Position numbers and translations under genes: made by a program
The notes under the pieces: generated by a model
Databases searched by the model: none
Told to the model about the DNA's origin: nothing
The model's input: the letters and a program-made list of their open reading frames with translations, nothing else
DNA from: Candidatus Harrisonbacteria bacterium
Lineage (GTDB): Bacteria > Patescibacteriota > Minisyncoccia > UBA6257 > 02-FULL-45-10c
Direction of reading: 5' to 3'
Length of the DNA stretch: 64,000 bases
NCBI GenBank assembly: GCA_016192685.1
Contig: JACPTS010000001.1
Location: 161,710 to 225,709, forward strand
Shown: positions 21,383 through 31,775 of the stretch, piece by piece
Numbering within the stretch: the first letter of the stretch is position 1
How the letters are laid out: every line of letters begins with the position of its first letter

Positions 21383-22114
21383 CTATTTTCTGAAACGCAA
21401 AGCGAAAGCTACCCTTAAGGATTCAAAAATATCCTCTAAAGAACTCTTGGAGGCGCCGCCGCCCCGTTCTAAAAATTTGATCTGAATCTCTTTTATTTTC
21501 GCGTCGTTCCGGTACATTTCATATAATAAATGAATTTTATACGCGTGCCGCCTGGATAAAATCCTGTTTTCATCCAATGGCAATTTTTCAAAAAATCCTT
21601 CTGCGCGCGATAATTTCAAACCGGAAGTATTATCATTGGTCGGAAGCCGTAAAACCCATTTTATAAATAAACTGCCAAATCGGCTTAAAAGCTTCCTGTG
21701 CCAGGCCCATTCTTGCGGTATGCTTCCCCCGAGAACGTAGCGGGAACCGATCACATAATCATAGCCATTATCTAACTCCGCGATCAGCCGCTTTATGTCT
21801 TTAGGGTCATGCTGAAAATCGCCGTCAAATTCAATAAAGGCGCCGGCTTTTAAATCCTTAACCGCGTAATTTATGCCGGTAATATAAGCCATGCCCAACC
21901 CCCGCTTTTCTTTTTCCACTATTAAATCAATGTTTTTATAAATTCCCTTCTTTTGATTCACTGCTTCAGCCGTACCGTCCGGAGAATTTCCGTCCACGAT
22001 TAAAATCCCCATCTCATGATTCGGAATATTCTTGAATTCTTCCTCTAGGGCATCAATCAAATTAGAAATGGTTTCCCGCTCATTATAAGTTGGAATAATA
22101 ACTACAATTTTCAT
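21383..22114 (-). CDS. Polyprenol monophosphomannose synthase-like GT2
   Basis: IIPTYNE, VDGNSPDGT, DGDFQHDP, GSRY. Confidence 0.9.
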   Translation of the reverse strand: MKIVVIIPTYNERETISNLIDALEEEFKNIPNHEMGILIVDGNSPDGTAEAVNQKKGIYKNIDLIVEKEKRGLGMAYITGINYAVKDLKAGAFIEFDGDFQHDPKDIKRLIAELDNGYDYVIGSRYVLGGSIPQEWAWHRKLLSRFGSLFIKWVLRLPTNDNTSGLKLSRAEGFFEKLPLDENRILSRRHAYKIHLLYEMYRNDAKIKEIQIKFLERGGGASKSSLEDIFESLRVAFALRFRK

Positions 22115-23793
22115 GGTAATTTATATAACGCTACCGGCGGGCCGAATTCTTTAATTTTAAACAAATTAAAGGGATTTCCTAAAAGCTGGCCTATATACGG
22201 CGAATACCTCTCCTGAAATTCCCCAAAGGATTCCAATAATGCCCCGCGGGAGGCAATACTTTGAATCCGATTGAAATGCGCTGGATTTTTCTCAAAATCT
22301 ATCTGGCTGGTCAAAAGATATTGATATTTTTGCTTTTTGGCATAATTCTCCAGGCCGGAATAAAATTCCTGATTTTGAATTGTATATAAATTTAAAGCAT
22401 GAAAACTCGGCTGCTTGGGAAAATTTTCTTCCGCCAAATCTACTTTTCTTAATGACCCGGAATCAATAATTCTTTGTTCTTTAATAGCTTCCGGAGTGGC
22501 CGGCAAACGAGTTAGCCGCGCGTAAACCAAAATTTTAGAGCCGGAAGGGATATTAGCTTGAGTCCATTCTATTAAATGATTGCGTGAATCATTCTGATAC
22601 AATAAATAGCTTAATCGTAAAGAAAAAACTGCCGGCATAGCCAAGATCAGAATCAAAATAGCAATCAGAATACGACTATTAATCCTTTTATAAGACTCCG
22701 CCACGCCATAAGCAGCCATTATCGCTAATATCGGGAAAACCGGCAGAGTAAAACGATGCTCGTAACGGAAAAATAAATAAAAAATCGCGCTATATGCGTA
22801 TATAAAAAGAAATACCGGCCAAAAAAGATTACGCCTGTGAAAAACGGTAAATAATAATCCCAAAACGGCAAAAAATGCCAAAATCGGTTCAGATAATACT
22901 ACTGGCTTCAAAAAAATAAACAAACTCGTGACAATTCCCAAAATAGATTTTGTTTCCTGAAAAGTTAAATCGCCGCGAAATCCAAAACTTTGAGGATATA
23001 AAGCTCCGGGTAGAATTGCCAGCCAAGCAAAAATAACTAAACTGCCGTAAAAATATTTTTCTTTAATAAGAGCCGATAAATTTCTTTGTTCGTAAAATAA
23101 GTACCAAACGGCAATTAATATTAATAAAAGCACATTAATCGGACTGACACCTACCCCAACTCCAACCGCTAAAACCGCCGCCAAATACCTTTTCCCTAAA
23201 TCCCGCATAGCGGGATCGGGCGTCCCGCTTCGCGGGATTAGTCGAAATTCCCAATCTAAATTTAAAATCCACAACACTAAAATCGTAAAAAAAGACACTG
23301 GCAGCCAATGCCGGCCGTTAGTCGACATAAGAATATGGAATAAGCTGGTAGTCAAAAAGAATGCAGCTAGTAAAGCCGGGGCTTCCTGTCTTAAAATATT
23401 TTTTGCAACTCTATACAAGAGATAAACTGAAACAACCCCCATTAAAACATTAAAAAAACGGGCAATTAGAAAAAATTGGGATAAATCACTGGTAAGATAA
23501 TAAATAAATTGCTCCCGGCCGCCGCTAAAAAGCAGATATTTTATGCCAAGTAAAATGGAAAATGGTAAAAGATATAAGTAAGAAAGATAGGGCGGATAAT
23601 ACAAAACCGTCCTAAATTCTTCTAAATAAGACGCCGGCAGCAAAGTTTTCAGCTGGATCATTTTTAGGGCCGCCAAAGTAAATGGCGGCTCGTCATCAAT
23701 CAGCCAAAGCGGCAAACCATAATTGATACCCGCCACCCTAACCAAAAAAGCAAAAACTAATATATAGATAAGAAGCCATTTTGGACTAAACAT
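22111..23793 (-). CDS. ArnT/PMT-like membrane glycosyltransferase
   Basis: RVAGINYGLP..IDDE, YYPP, many TMs. Confidence 0.75.
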   Translation of the reverse strand: MFSPKWLLIYILVFAFLVRVAGINYGLPLWLIDDEPPFTLAALKMIQLKTLLPASYLEEFRTVLYYPPYLSYLYLLPFSILLGIKYLLFSGGREQFIYYLTSDLSQFFLIARFFNVLMGVVSVYLLYRVAKNILRQEAPALLAAFFLTTSLFHILMSTNGRHWLPVSFFTILVLWILNLDWEFRLIPRSGTPDPAMRDLGKRYLAAVLAVGVGVGVSPINVLLLILIAVWYLFYEQRNLSALIKEKYFYGSLVIFAWLAILPGALYPQSFGFRGDLTFQETKSILGIVTSLFIFLKPVVLSEPILAFFAVLGLLFTVFHRRNLFWPVFLFIYAYSAIFYLFFRYEHRFTLPVFPILAIMAAYGVAESYKRINSRILIAILILILAMPAVFSLRLSYLLYQNDSRNHLIEWTQANIPSGSKILVYARLTRLPATPEAIKEQRIIDSGSLRKVDLAEENFPKQPSFHALNLYTIQNQEFYSGLENYAKKQKYQYLLTSQIDFEKNPAHFNRIQSIASRGALLESFGEFQERYSPYIGQLLGNPFNLFKIKEFGPPVALYKLP

Positions 23794-23799
23794 ATGAGC

Positions 23800-24969
23800 T
23801 TATTTTAACATCATTAGAGAATCTCTGTATTTTTCCAAATATTCTTTTTTAACAGGCCATTTTTCCAGTAATTTTAAGCTGTTTTGCTTAAATTCTTCTC
23901 TTTTTGGCGGCCTGCCTGCCGGTAGGCAGGAATTTTCCATTAGTTCCAAAATCGCTTTTGCAAGCGCTTTTTGGTCTCCTATCGGAACTACTTTGCCGTC
24001 CAAATCATCAATCAAAAGCTCCCCCGCTATACCCACATCAGTCATGACCACCGGCAATCCGGCCGCCATTGCCTCAACCACCGTGCGGCCATAACCCTCA
24101 TAATTAGAAGTCAATAAAAATAAATCCGCGGTTTTATAATAGGAAAATAATGTTTGAGAATCAACGACAGATTCAAATTGAACATTATTTTCCAACTTAT
24201 AACTTTTAACTAATAACTTATAACTTTTTAATTCCGGTCCGTCGCCGACAATCAGCAACAAAAGATTCCTGATTCCTGATTCCTGATTCCTAATTCTATT
24301 AAATGCCTCAATCGCCATTCCGATATTTTTTTCCTTTGTCAGGCGCGAAGCCATTAAAATTATAAAATCATGTTCAGGATATTTATTATGAAGATCAGTT
24401 TTTACTTTGGCAGATTGAATTTTTTTAATATCAACGAAAATTGGCAAAACTACTGGTTCAGCTTTTAGCTTTAAGCTTTTAGCTTTTAGTGATTGTTTTA
24501 TTCGCTCCGAAACAACGCGAATACCATCGGCGCGGGGTAATAAGAATTTAGCAAGCAATACGCGCAATCTATTAAGTAAGGATTCATTTTTAAAATACGG
24601 ACTAAAAACATCGGTATGGATTTGGAATTGAAGCGGCAATTTATAACGCAATTTTAATAGCCAGCCGACAAAACCGGTTTCAAAAGGGTCCTGGCAAGTT
24701 ATAACTGATAACTTATGACTAATAACTAATGACTTTGCAATTTGATAAGCATCCCATAAATATAATATTTTTAAACGGCTATTGGTCGGATAAACCCAAA
24801 TATTGTTGTCAATTGTTGTCTGTTGTCTGTTGTCTGTTGTCTGTTTTTTTGTGAAAACAACAATATGCAGCTCCTCAAAAAGCGTTCCGTATTCCACCAT
24901 CCGTTTTTGCGTCCCCGAACCATTGTCTAAAGCAGTGCGGTCAGTTGAAAACATTAAAACTTTAATCAT
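23800..24969 (-). CDS. GT4 glycosyltransferase
   Basis: EGYGRTVVEAMAAG; five 7-nt arrays and one palindrome in-frame. Confidence 0.9.
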   Translation of the reverse strand: MIKVLMFSTDRTALDNGSGTQKRMVEYGTLFEELHIVVFTKKQTTDNRQQTTIDNNIWVYPTNSRLKILYLWDAYQIAKSLVISHKLSVITCQDPFETGFVGWLLKLRYKLPLQFQIHTDVFSPYFKNESLLNRLRVLLAKFLLPRADGIRVVSERIKQSLKAKSLKLKAEPVVLPIFVDIKKIQSAKVKTDLHNKYPEHDFIILMASRLTKEKNIGMAIEAFNRIRNQESGIRNLLLLIVGDGPELKSYKLLVKSYKLENNVQFESVVDSQTLFSYYKTADLFLLTSNYEGYGRTVVEAMAAGLPVVMTDVGIAGELLIDDLDGKVVPIGDQKALAKAILELMENSCLPAGRPPKREEFKQNSLKLLEKWPVKKEYLEKYRDSLMMLK

Positions 24970-26078
24970 AACTTTTTCAATAAATCCATTAATTCTCTAA
25001 GCATTTTTTCTTTAGAAAAATTCTTGGCGGTATTTCTAGCCGTTTCGCTTAACTTTTCCCGCAACCGGCTATCTGTCATCAATTTTTTCAATGCCAAACT
25101 AAACGACTGGATATTATTATATTCTGCCAACAAACCGTTTTTGCCGCTCTCAATAACTTCCGAATTTCCTCCGACTTTAGTGGTTAAAACCGGCAAGCCC
25201 GCCCCCATCGCCTCAATTATCTGATGAGAAAATCCTTCATAGCCGGTATTTAAAGCAAAAATACTGGCCCGGCTTAAATAAGCATTTAATTCACTTTTTG
25301 ATAAAGCCCCGGTAAAAATAACCTTATCTAAAACTTTCAACTTTTCACTTTTAACTTTTAACTTATTAAGTTCCGGACCATCGCCAATAATAACTAATTT
25401 CCAATCCGGAAAATCTTTTATTAAACCGGAAAAAACTTCCAAGAGTATTTCAAAGCCTTTCCAGGGCACCAGCCGGCCAACCGAAATAATAAGCTTTTCC
25501 CGAACGCTTGATTTTAATTCCGGCAGATCAATACCATTATAAATAACTCTAATCTTATAGCTTTCTACTCCCCACCCTAAAACTATTTTTTTTAAATACT
25601 CACTGGGAACAATCAATAAATCGGCGTTTTTAGCGGTAAATTGCTGGAAAAAACGGAGTATTTTCACCGGCAGTCCATAACGCTTTTTCTGAAATTCATC
25701 CGGCAACTCCTTAACCCCGAATCGCTGAACCCCCTGCTCCCAGGCATAGTCGCCGACTATTTTAAGGACAAATTTTTTCTTTGATAATTTAGCCGCGAGC
25801 ATCGCCGGCAAGCCGGCGCTGATCGGATCCTGAGCAAAAATAATATCCGCATTCCGCCCTAACTGAATAGCTTTTATAAAATAAATAAGATGCCTCAATC
25901 CTTTTGGTAATCTTCGAGATACTCTAAAAACCCTGTCAGCATCTCCGGCCGGCGCTTCGCCATAAGTTAGCACTTTAGCCAAAAAATCTTCGGGTAATTT
26001 TTCTAAAAGCAATTTAGTATAGGTAGCCGGACCGCCGATTTCCGGCGGGAAAATTCCTGTGGCTATTAAAATTCGCAT
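24966..26078 (-). CDS. GT4 glycosyltransferase
   Basis: FPPEIGGP, GRLVPWKG, EGFSHQIIEAM. Confidence 0.9.
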   Translation of the reverse strand: MRILIATGIFPPEIGGPATYTKLLLEKLPEDFLAKVLTYGEAPAGDADRVFRVSRRLPKGLRHLIYFIKAIQLGRNADIIFAQDPISAGLPAMLAAKLSKKKFVLKIVGDYAWEQGVQRFGVKELPDEFQKKRYGLPVKILRFFQQFTAKNADLLIVPSEYLKKIVLGWGVESYKIRVIYNGIDLPELKSSVREKLIISVGRLVPWKGFEILLEVFSGLIKDFPDWKLVIIGDGPELNKLKVKSEKLKVLDKVIFTGALSKSELNAYLSRASIFALNTGYEGFSHQIIEAMGAGLPVLTTKVGGNSEVIESGKNGLLAEYNNIQSFSLALKKLMTDSRLREKLSETARNTAKNFSKEKMLRELMDLLKKL

Positions 26079-26079
26079 G

Positions 26080-27282
26080 TTAAGTATTAATTAATTTATC
26101 AAAAATATTTTTAAATAATCCGGCGATTCTGTCCCAAGAATAGTTTTCTTGAACAAGCAACTGGCCATTTTTTATAATATTTTTCCTAAGTTCCGGGTTC
26201 ATTAAAAGCCGGTGGATTTTTTCCGCTAAATCCTTCGGGTTATTCACTTTGGCGAAAAGGCCGGTTGCCTGCCCTGAGCTCGTCGAAGGGTCTTTCAAAA
26301 AGTCAGTAATTCCACCGACCGGCGTTCCAATTACCGGCAAGCCGGCGGCCATAGCTTCCAAAAAAGAACTTCCCAATCCTTCAGATCGGGACGGCCGGAC
26401 AAAAATATCAGAAACTTTAAGATAAAGCGGAATATCCCGCTGCGAAATCTGACCTAAAAATAAAACATTATTTTCTAACTTGAGACTTGAGACTTTGGAC
26501 TTGAGATTTTTATATTCCGGGCCATCGCCTATTATCAAACATTTCATATTCAACATTTTACTTTTACAAATAGCAATCGCTTCTATCAAAGTATCAATCC
26601 CATTTTTATAAACCAGCCGTGAAGTGGTAACAATCACGTATTCATCTTGTAAACCTAAATTTGCCCGCGCGGCTTTTAATTCCGCGTTGGTATATCCTGT
26701 TCCGAATAATTCCAAATCTACGCCATTGGGAATAATTTCAATTGGCGCTTTTGCTCCCCGCCGCTTAACAAAATCCTTCAAATAACTGCTGATAGCCTGA
26801 ATATAATCGGCTTTTTTAATAATCATTCCTCCAAAAAATCCAACTAAACCGAATTTTCCTAAAACCATATGTTTTTCTGAATCACCCTCCTGAATAGTCA
26901 ATAAAAACGGGATTCCCGGATGGTTTAATTTAAAAAAAAGCGCGGCGATTCCGCCGTAGGAAGCCATAATGGCCCAGATCGCCTGAAAACGTTTCTGCCG
27001 ATGCAATCGCTCCGCCTCTTGCCAGGCGCTAAAAATGTAAAAAATTTTATTCCAGACTCGGCCGTATCTTTTGCCTTTATTACTGCCCTTCCCAAACCGA
27101 ATAATTTCAACGTTTTCCTGCCTTTCTTTAGACAGCCAGCGAGAATCAAATTTATAAGTAAAAACCGTGAAATTTAACCCCTTTTGTCGTTTAATAACCT
27201 CCCGGGCGGCTATCTCCGCCCCGCCCTCAAAGGGGGCATAAGCTAGAGAAAAAACCGCTATATTAGACTTATTCATAATCAT
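26080..27282 (-). CDS. GT4 glycosyltransferase
   Basis: GGAE, SRSEGLGSSFLEAMAAG. Confidence 0.9.
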   Translation of the reverse strand: MIMNKSNIAVFSLAYAPFEGGAEIAAREVIKRQKGLNFTVFTYKFDSRWLSKERQENVEIIRFGKGSNKGKRYGRVWNKIFYIFSAWQEAERLHRQKRFQAIWAIMASYGGIAALFFKLNHPGIPFLLTIQEGDSEKHMVLGKFGLVGFFGGMIIKKADYIQAISSYLKDFVKRRGAKAPIEIIPNGVDLELFGTGYTNAELKAARANLGLQDEYVIVTTSRLVYKNGIDTLIEAIAICKSKMLNMKCLIIGDGPEYKNLKSKVSSLKLENNVLFLGQISQRDIPLYLKVSDIFVRPSRSEGLGSSFLEAMAAGLPVIGTPVGGITDFLKDPSTSSGQATGLFAKVNNPKDLAEKIHRLLMNPELRKNIIKNGQLLVQENYSWDRIAGLFKNIFDKLINT

Positions 27283-27311
27283 AAAAGTTATAATTAAGTA
27301 TAACTAAAGTT

Positions 27312-28454
27312 ATGAAACAAAAAGTACTCTATATAATCACTAAAGCCGATATCGGCGGCGCCCAGAAATACGTTAACGATCTATCTACTGGCATTGACAA
27401 AAACGTTTTCGAACCGAAAATTCTTTACGGCGGCCGCGATATCCACTGGTTAATCCGCGATGCTAAACCTTGGCTATTTTTTCTTCCTGACTGGCTAGCT
27501 ATTATAGAATTGATAAAAATTTATAAACGCGAACGGCCGCAAATTATCCATCTAAATAGCTCCAAAGCCGGATTTCTTGGCTCAATTGCCGCAAAATTAT
27601 ACTCATTAACTCTACGACCTACGACCTACGACCTACGACCTAAAATCATTTTCACCGCCCATGGCTGGGTATTCAACCCAACCAATGCCATCTCTCTGCC
27701 AATCCGTTGGTTTTATATTCTCCTCCATAAAATCGCCGCGTTGTTTCAAGATAAAATTATTTGTGTTTCAGAATATGACTACAATCTCGCGTTATCCCGC
27801 GGGATAACGCCAAAAGAAAAATTAGTTACAATTTATAACGGCATTGACCCGAATATTAAATTTTTAGATAAAGAAACAGCTAAAAACGAAATAACAAAAA
27901 AACTTACGACTTACGACTTGCGACTTACGACTAATTGGCCGTGGATTGGATCAATTGGGAGACTCGTTAAAGAAAAAAATTATGAAACCTTATTAGCGGC
28001 AGCGAAATTTATTCCTAATGCTTATTTTTTTATTATTGGCTCAGGGCCAGAGTCAAATAGTCTAAAAGTCAAAAGTCAAAATTCAAATGTCAATAATCGG
28101 TTTTTCTTTATTGAACCGACTGGCAATGATGCCCAATATTTAAAAGCTTTTGATATTTTTGTAATGTCCTCCATTAAAGAAGGTTTACCCTACATATTAT
28201 TGGAAGCGATGGCGGCCGAATTGCCAATTGTGATAACCGAAGCTGGCGGCATGCCGGAAATAATTAAAAATCATGAAAATGGCTTGATGGTATCGCAAAA
28301 GAATCCGGAAATGCTCGCTAAGGGCATTCAAGGATTATTATTTAATAAAAATATCGCCGCGGAACTTGGAAAATCAGCTGGTTTAATAGTCCGAGAAAAA
28401 TTCGGTTTGAATAAAATGATATCGGAAACTTCCTCACTTTATTTTGATATATAA
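27312..28454 (+). CDS. GT4 glycosyltransferase
   Basis: GGAQ, HLNSSKAG, EGLPYILLEAMAA. Confidence 0.9.
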   Translation: MKQKVLYIITKADIGGAQKYVNDLSTGIDKNVFEPKILYGGRDIHWLIRDAKPWLFFLPDWLAIIELIKIYKRERPQIIHLNSSKAGFLGSIAAKLYSLTLRPTTYDLRPKIIFTAHGWVFNPTNAISLPIRWFYILLHKIAALFQDKIICVSEYDYNLALSRGITPKEKLVTIYNGIDPNIKFLDKETAKNEITKKLTTYDLRLTTNWPWIGSIGRLVKEKNYETLLAAAKFIPNAYFFIIGSGPESNSLKVKSQNSNVNNRFFFIEPTGNDAQYLKAFDIFVMSSIKEGLPYILLEAMAAELPIVITEAGGMPEIIKNHENGLMVSQKNPEMLAKGIQGLLFNKNIAAELGKSAGLIVREKFGLNKMISETSSLYFDI

Positions 28455-29116
28455 TCTTCTAAAGCAGATTTAAGCCTTAAATTATCAGGATTAGCCATCA
28501 ACCCTTGCAATAAAATACTTTCTGTCTGATTAGATTTTTCCTTATAAACCGATTCATAAATAGTCGCCAAGTCTAAATAAGCTTGGATGTTTTGCGGATT
28601 ATTTTGAATAGATTTAAGATAATTTTCTTCGCTTTTGGGATAATCTTTTATATAAAACCCGTACAAATCTCCCAAATTATGATAGCCGATATAATCTTTA
28701 GGGCGAATCAAAGCTCCAAAAGCCCAGGCCTCAGCCGCGCCGCTATAATCACCGATCACCCGACGATAAGCTCCCAAATCATACCAAGCGTAAATCGTGT
28801 CGTAATCAGATCTTATTAAATCGGAAATTTCTTTTATTTTTGCCTCTGCCCGTTTTCTATCAATTTCCGCAAGCGGCGCGCTAACCATAACTGGCCGGGA
28901 AATAATTTCGGCGGCCATCGCCCTTAAAACTTCTTTATTATCTTTTTTAACAATTTCTTCTACTGGCGGCTTTTCTTCAATTTTTGAAGCCGTTGATAAA
29001 TTTTCCGGCAGCTTAATTTCCGGAACTAAAGCGCTGCCCCGCTTCGGGCTAAAATACCAACCAGCAACACCAAGAACCGCTACTGCCAATAAAATTAAAA
29101 GTAATTTTTTTATCAT
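28439..29116 (-). CDS. Membrane-anchored TPR protein
   Basis: N-terminal TM, TPR-like repeats (AWYDLG, GYHNLG, AYLDLA). Confidence 0.75.
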   Translation of the reverse strand: MIKKLLLILLAVAVLGVAGWYFSPKRGSALVPEIKLPENLSTASKIEEKPPVEEIVKKDNKEVLRAMAAEIISRPVMVSAPLAEIDRKRAEAKIKEISDLIRSDYDTIYAWYDLGAYRRVIGDYSGAAEAWAFGALIRPKDYIGYHNLGDLYGFYIKDYPKSEENYLKSIQNNPQNIQAYLDLATIYESVYKEKSNQTESILLQGLMANPDNLRLKSALEDYISK

Positions 29117-29136
29117 AAATAATCCGATAAAAAATA

Positions 29137-30831
29137 TTATATATCAAAAATGGTGAATTTGTAAACCCTAAACATCGGCAGCCCGTTTTTCCCATAAATA
29201 ATCTTTTCCGGTTGAAGCCCTTTGCTTAATAAATAACTTTCAAATTTTAAGGCGATAGTTTTATCCTTTTTAAAAGGGTTTAAAATCGTATTTTCCGTGC
29301 TTTGCACGAAATAAAATTGGAATTTGCCGTAATCCTGGCCGCTATTTAACGCCTTATAAAAATTTTCTAAATAAAGCGCCGGCGTGCTGTGATAAAAAAA
29401 TCTGCGATAAAATATCCATTCTAAAGTCGGTAAAGCAACATTATCATTATAGACAATCATACGAAGCTCTCTATCGGCGTTTTTAGATTTCCGAAGGGCA
29501 AATTTATAAGTTAGGTCATTTAAATGCGAGTTATCCGATTCCGGAATAACCGCGGATTCTTTTCCGGCGAATTCCTCTTCAAAATAGCGATCTAATTTTG
29601 CCATTCCGTAGTCTGGATATCGGATAAAATTGGTATTAATAGAATGAATAATTTCCCAAGCAAAAAAACCGATCATCAACGCTTTTAGCGCATAACTCCA
29701 TTTCGATTTTTTAAAACTCCATAAAGCAGCCGAAAGAAAACCGACAAAAACAGCGAAGGCCGGGCCGTAAAGAGTTAAAAATCTGTGCGCTGATCCAATT
29801 TTCACCAAAAGTAAAGTAAGGAAAAAAATATACAGCCAGAAAAATAAAATTCCTTTTGAACGATTCTTGGCAAAAACAAAAATAGAATAAACTATTCCGG
29901 CCAAAATCGCCAGCATCGCCGAAATTCCATAATAACCCACGGGGAAAATAGAATTAGTTTTCGCATCCCATCTTTGAACCGCCAAATTTCTCCAAAGATC
30001 GGGGAACGGCGCCTGAGTTTTACCGACAGAACCAGTCCATTCCGGCGTCTCCTGACCAAAAACATAGGCGAACTGAAGGTCAAAATGGCCGGTAGTTTGA
30101 TAAAGATAAAAATTATATACCAAAACCGGGGAAAACATTAATAAAGCTAAAATTAAAGCGGCAAATAAATAGGCCCAATCAGTCCTAATAGTCTTATAAG
30201 TCCAATAAGTTAGATAAACCGGCACGATAAACACGCCGGTATATTTGGTAAGCGCTACCAACCCCAAAGATATTCCCCAAAGCCACCATTTCCGCTTATT
30301 TTCTAAAAATTGAAGAAATAAATGTATATTTAAAAGAATAAAAAACAGCAAAATCGGCTCCAGCATACTAAGGCGAAAAACCCACACCAAAGCCCCATTA
30401 ACCGCGAAAAATAAGGCGGAAAATAAAGCTAAGGCCTCATCTTCAAATAATTTTTTCACAATTAAATAAAGAAGATAAGCGGATAAAACGCCGACAATTA
30501 TCGCCGGCAAACGGGCTACCAAAAGCGAATCGCCGAAAACCCGGAAAAAAAAGTTCATAATCAGAATCCCAAGCGGCGGCAAATCATGAAAAGAAAGTTT
30601 AGACCACCAAGGCAACGGCTGACTTTTATACCATTCCAGAGGTGTAGTCTGAAAACTAGTGCCTAAATAATCTACATAACCAATAGCTCTAAAAGCATCT
30701 ACCGCCTCATCGCCAAATAAATCCTGGCCCCAAACACCCCAAAACCGCAGTAAAAAAGCCAATATCAAAATCCCAAACAAAATTATACGAATTTTCCGCA
30801 TATTCGTATTATTTTCGTATTTCGCAATCAT
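29137..30831 (-). CDS. ArnT-like membrane glycosyltransferase (paralog of 31776-33461)
   Basis: GDE motif, FHDLPPL, ARLP, LTKY. Confidence 0.8.
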   Translation of the reverse strand: MIAKYENNTNMRKIRIILFGILILAFLLRFWGVWGQDLFGDEAVDAFRAIGYVDYLGTSFQTTPLEWYKSQPLPWWSKLSFHDLPPLGILIMNFFFRVFGDSLLVARLPAIIVGVLSAYLLYLIVKKLFEDEALALFSALFFAVNGALVWVFRLSMLEPILLFFILLNIHLFLQFLENKRKWWLWGISLGLVALTKYTGVFIVPVYLTYWTYKTIRTDWAYLFAALILALLMFSPVLVYNFYLYQTTGHFDLQFAYVFGQETPEWTGSVGKTQAPFPDLWRNLAVQRWDAKTNSIFPVGYYGISAMLAILAGIVYSIFVFAKNRSKGILFFWLYIFFLTLLLVKIGSAHRFLTLYGPAFAVFVGFLSAALWSFKKSKWSYALKALMIGFFAWEIIHSINTNFIRYPDYGMAKLDRYFEEEFAGKESAVIPESDNSHLNDLTYKFALRKSKNADRELRMIVYNDNVALPTLEWIFYRRFFYHSTPALYLENFYKALNSGQDYGKFQFYFVQSTENTILNPFKKDKTIALKFESYLLSKGLQPEKIIYGKNGLPMFRVYKFTIFDI

Positions 30832-31767
30832 TAAAAGGCAGTAATTTGAGGTCCGACAATCGGGAAAGAATTATTTTTAGTAATCGTAGCTACGCGGTTA
30901 AGGTCATTATAGTCGTAAGCCGAAACATCCAAGACAGATTCAATATCTAACCGAACATATGGTTTTTCCGCTCCGTAACTATAAGTAACAAAATACCCCA
31001 ATACATAATAACTATTTCCGGAGACGATTAGCCCCTTATTTTCTTTAGTTTCATTGGGAATAAGCTTAAATTCAACAACTCCACTTTGAGAAATATCCGC
31101 TTCCGCCAATACCGGACCACTATCCGCGTTAGCTAATAATTTAAATTTCGTAAGATAAAGATTATTAAAAGTGCCTTTATTTTTAAAGCGAATTTGGGTA
31201 ATAGCGATTTTTTCGTCCGCGGAAACTTTAAAAGCGGTTAAAGTTTTTTCTCCGTAACTGCTTAGGGTTATTGATGGATAGGTTGTTTCAATCTTGAGCG
31301 TGCTTTCAAAAGGATTGGGTAAGATTACTGCCGGGGTTGTAGTGGCAACAGCTTCTTCTAAAACTGGTTTAGGCTCTGGCATTGATGCTGGCTCCGGCGC
31401 TTGGGTCGGTGCCGGAGCTGGAGCTGAAACCGCTGCCGGTGCTTGCCCTGAGCTTGCCGAAGGGCCGCCCATTTTCGCCCGAGTTCTCGGACCAAAATAT
31501 CCGGCTGCCGGAGAAACTCCGTTCGCGGCCTGCCATTTGGCAAGAGCTTTCTTGGTTAGAGAACCGAAGGTTTCGGTTTCATTGCCAGGAGAGCCTGCGC
31601 CGCTAAGAGGTAAGGGGGGTGGGAGCTGCTAATTGAGTTTGCAAGTTAGCGATTTGCGCTAACAAGGCTGCAATTTGCTCTTCCAAAGTTGCTCCGTGGA
31701 CGACTGTCAATACGCCAACGCCAGAAAGCGAAACAATTGTAGCCGCTAATAATAATTTCTTTTTCAT
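30831..31767 (-). pseudogene. Frameshifted secreted peptidoglycan-binding protein sharing N-terminal DNA with the S-layer-like gene
   Basis: ATG 31767, signal peptide, TAG at 31603-31605; SGAGSPGNET... continues in shifted frame to 30831; 56-bp deletion relative to 36918-36974. Confidence 0.7.
31464..31605. repeat. 142-bp exact direct repeat of 36777-36918 (plus 76-bp 31623-31698 = 37019-37094)
   Basis: Identical on direct reading. Confidence 0.9.
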
Positions 31768-31775
31768 TATTTTAA

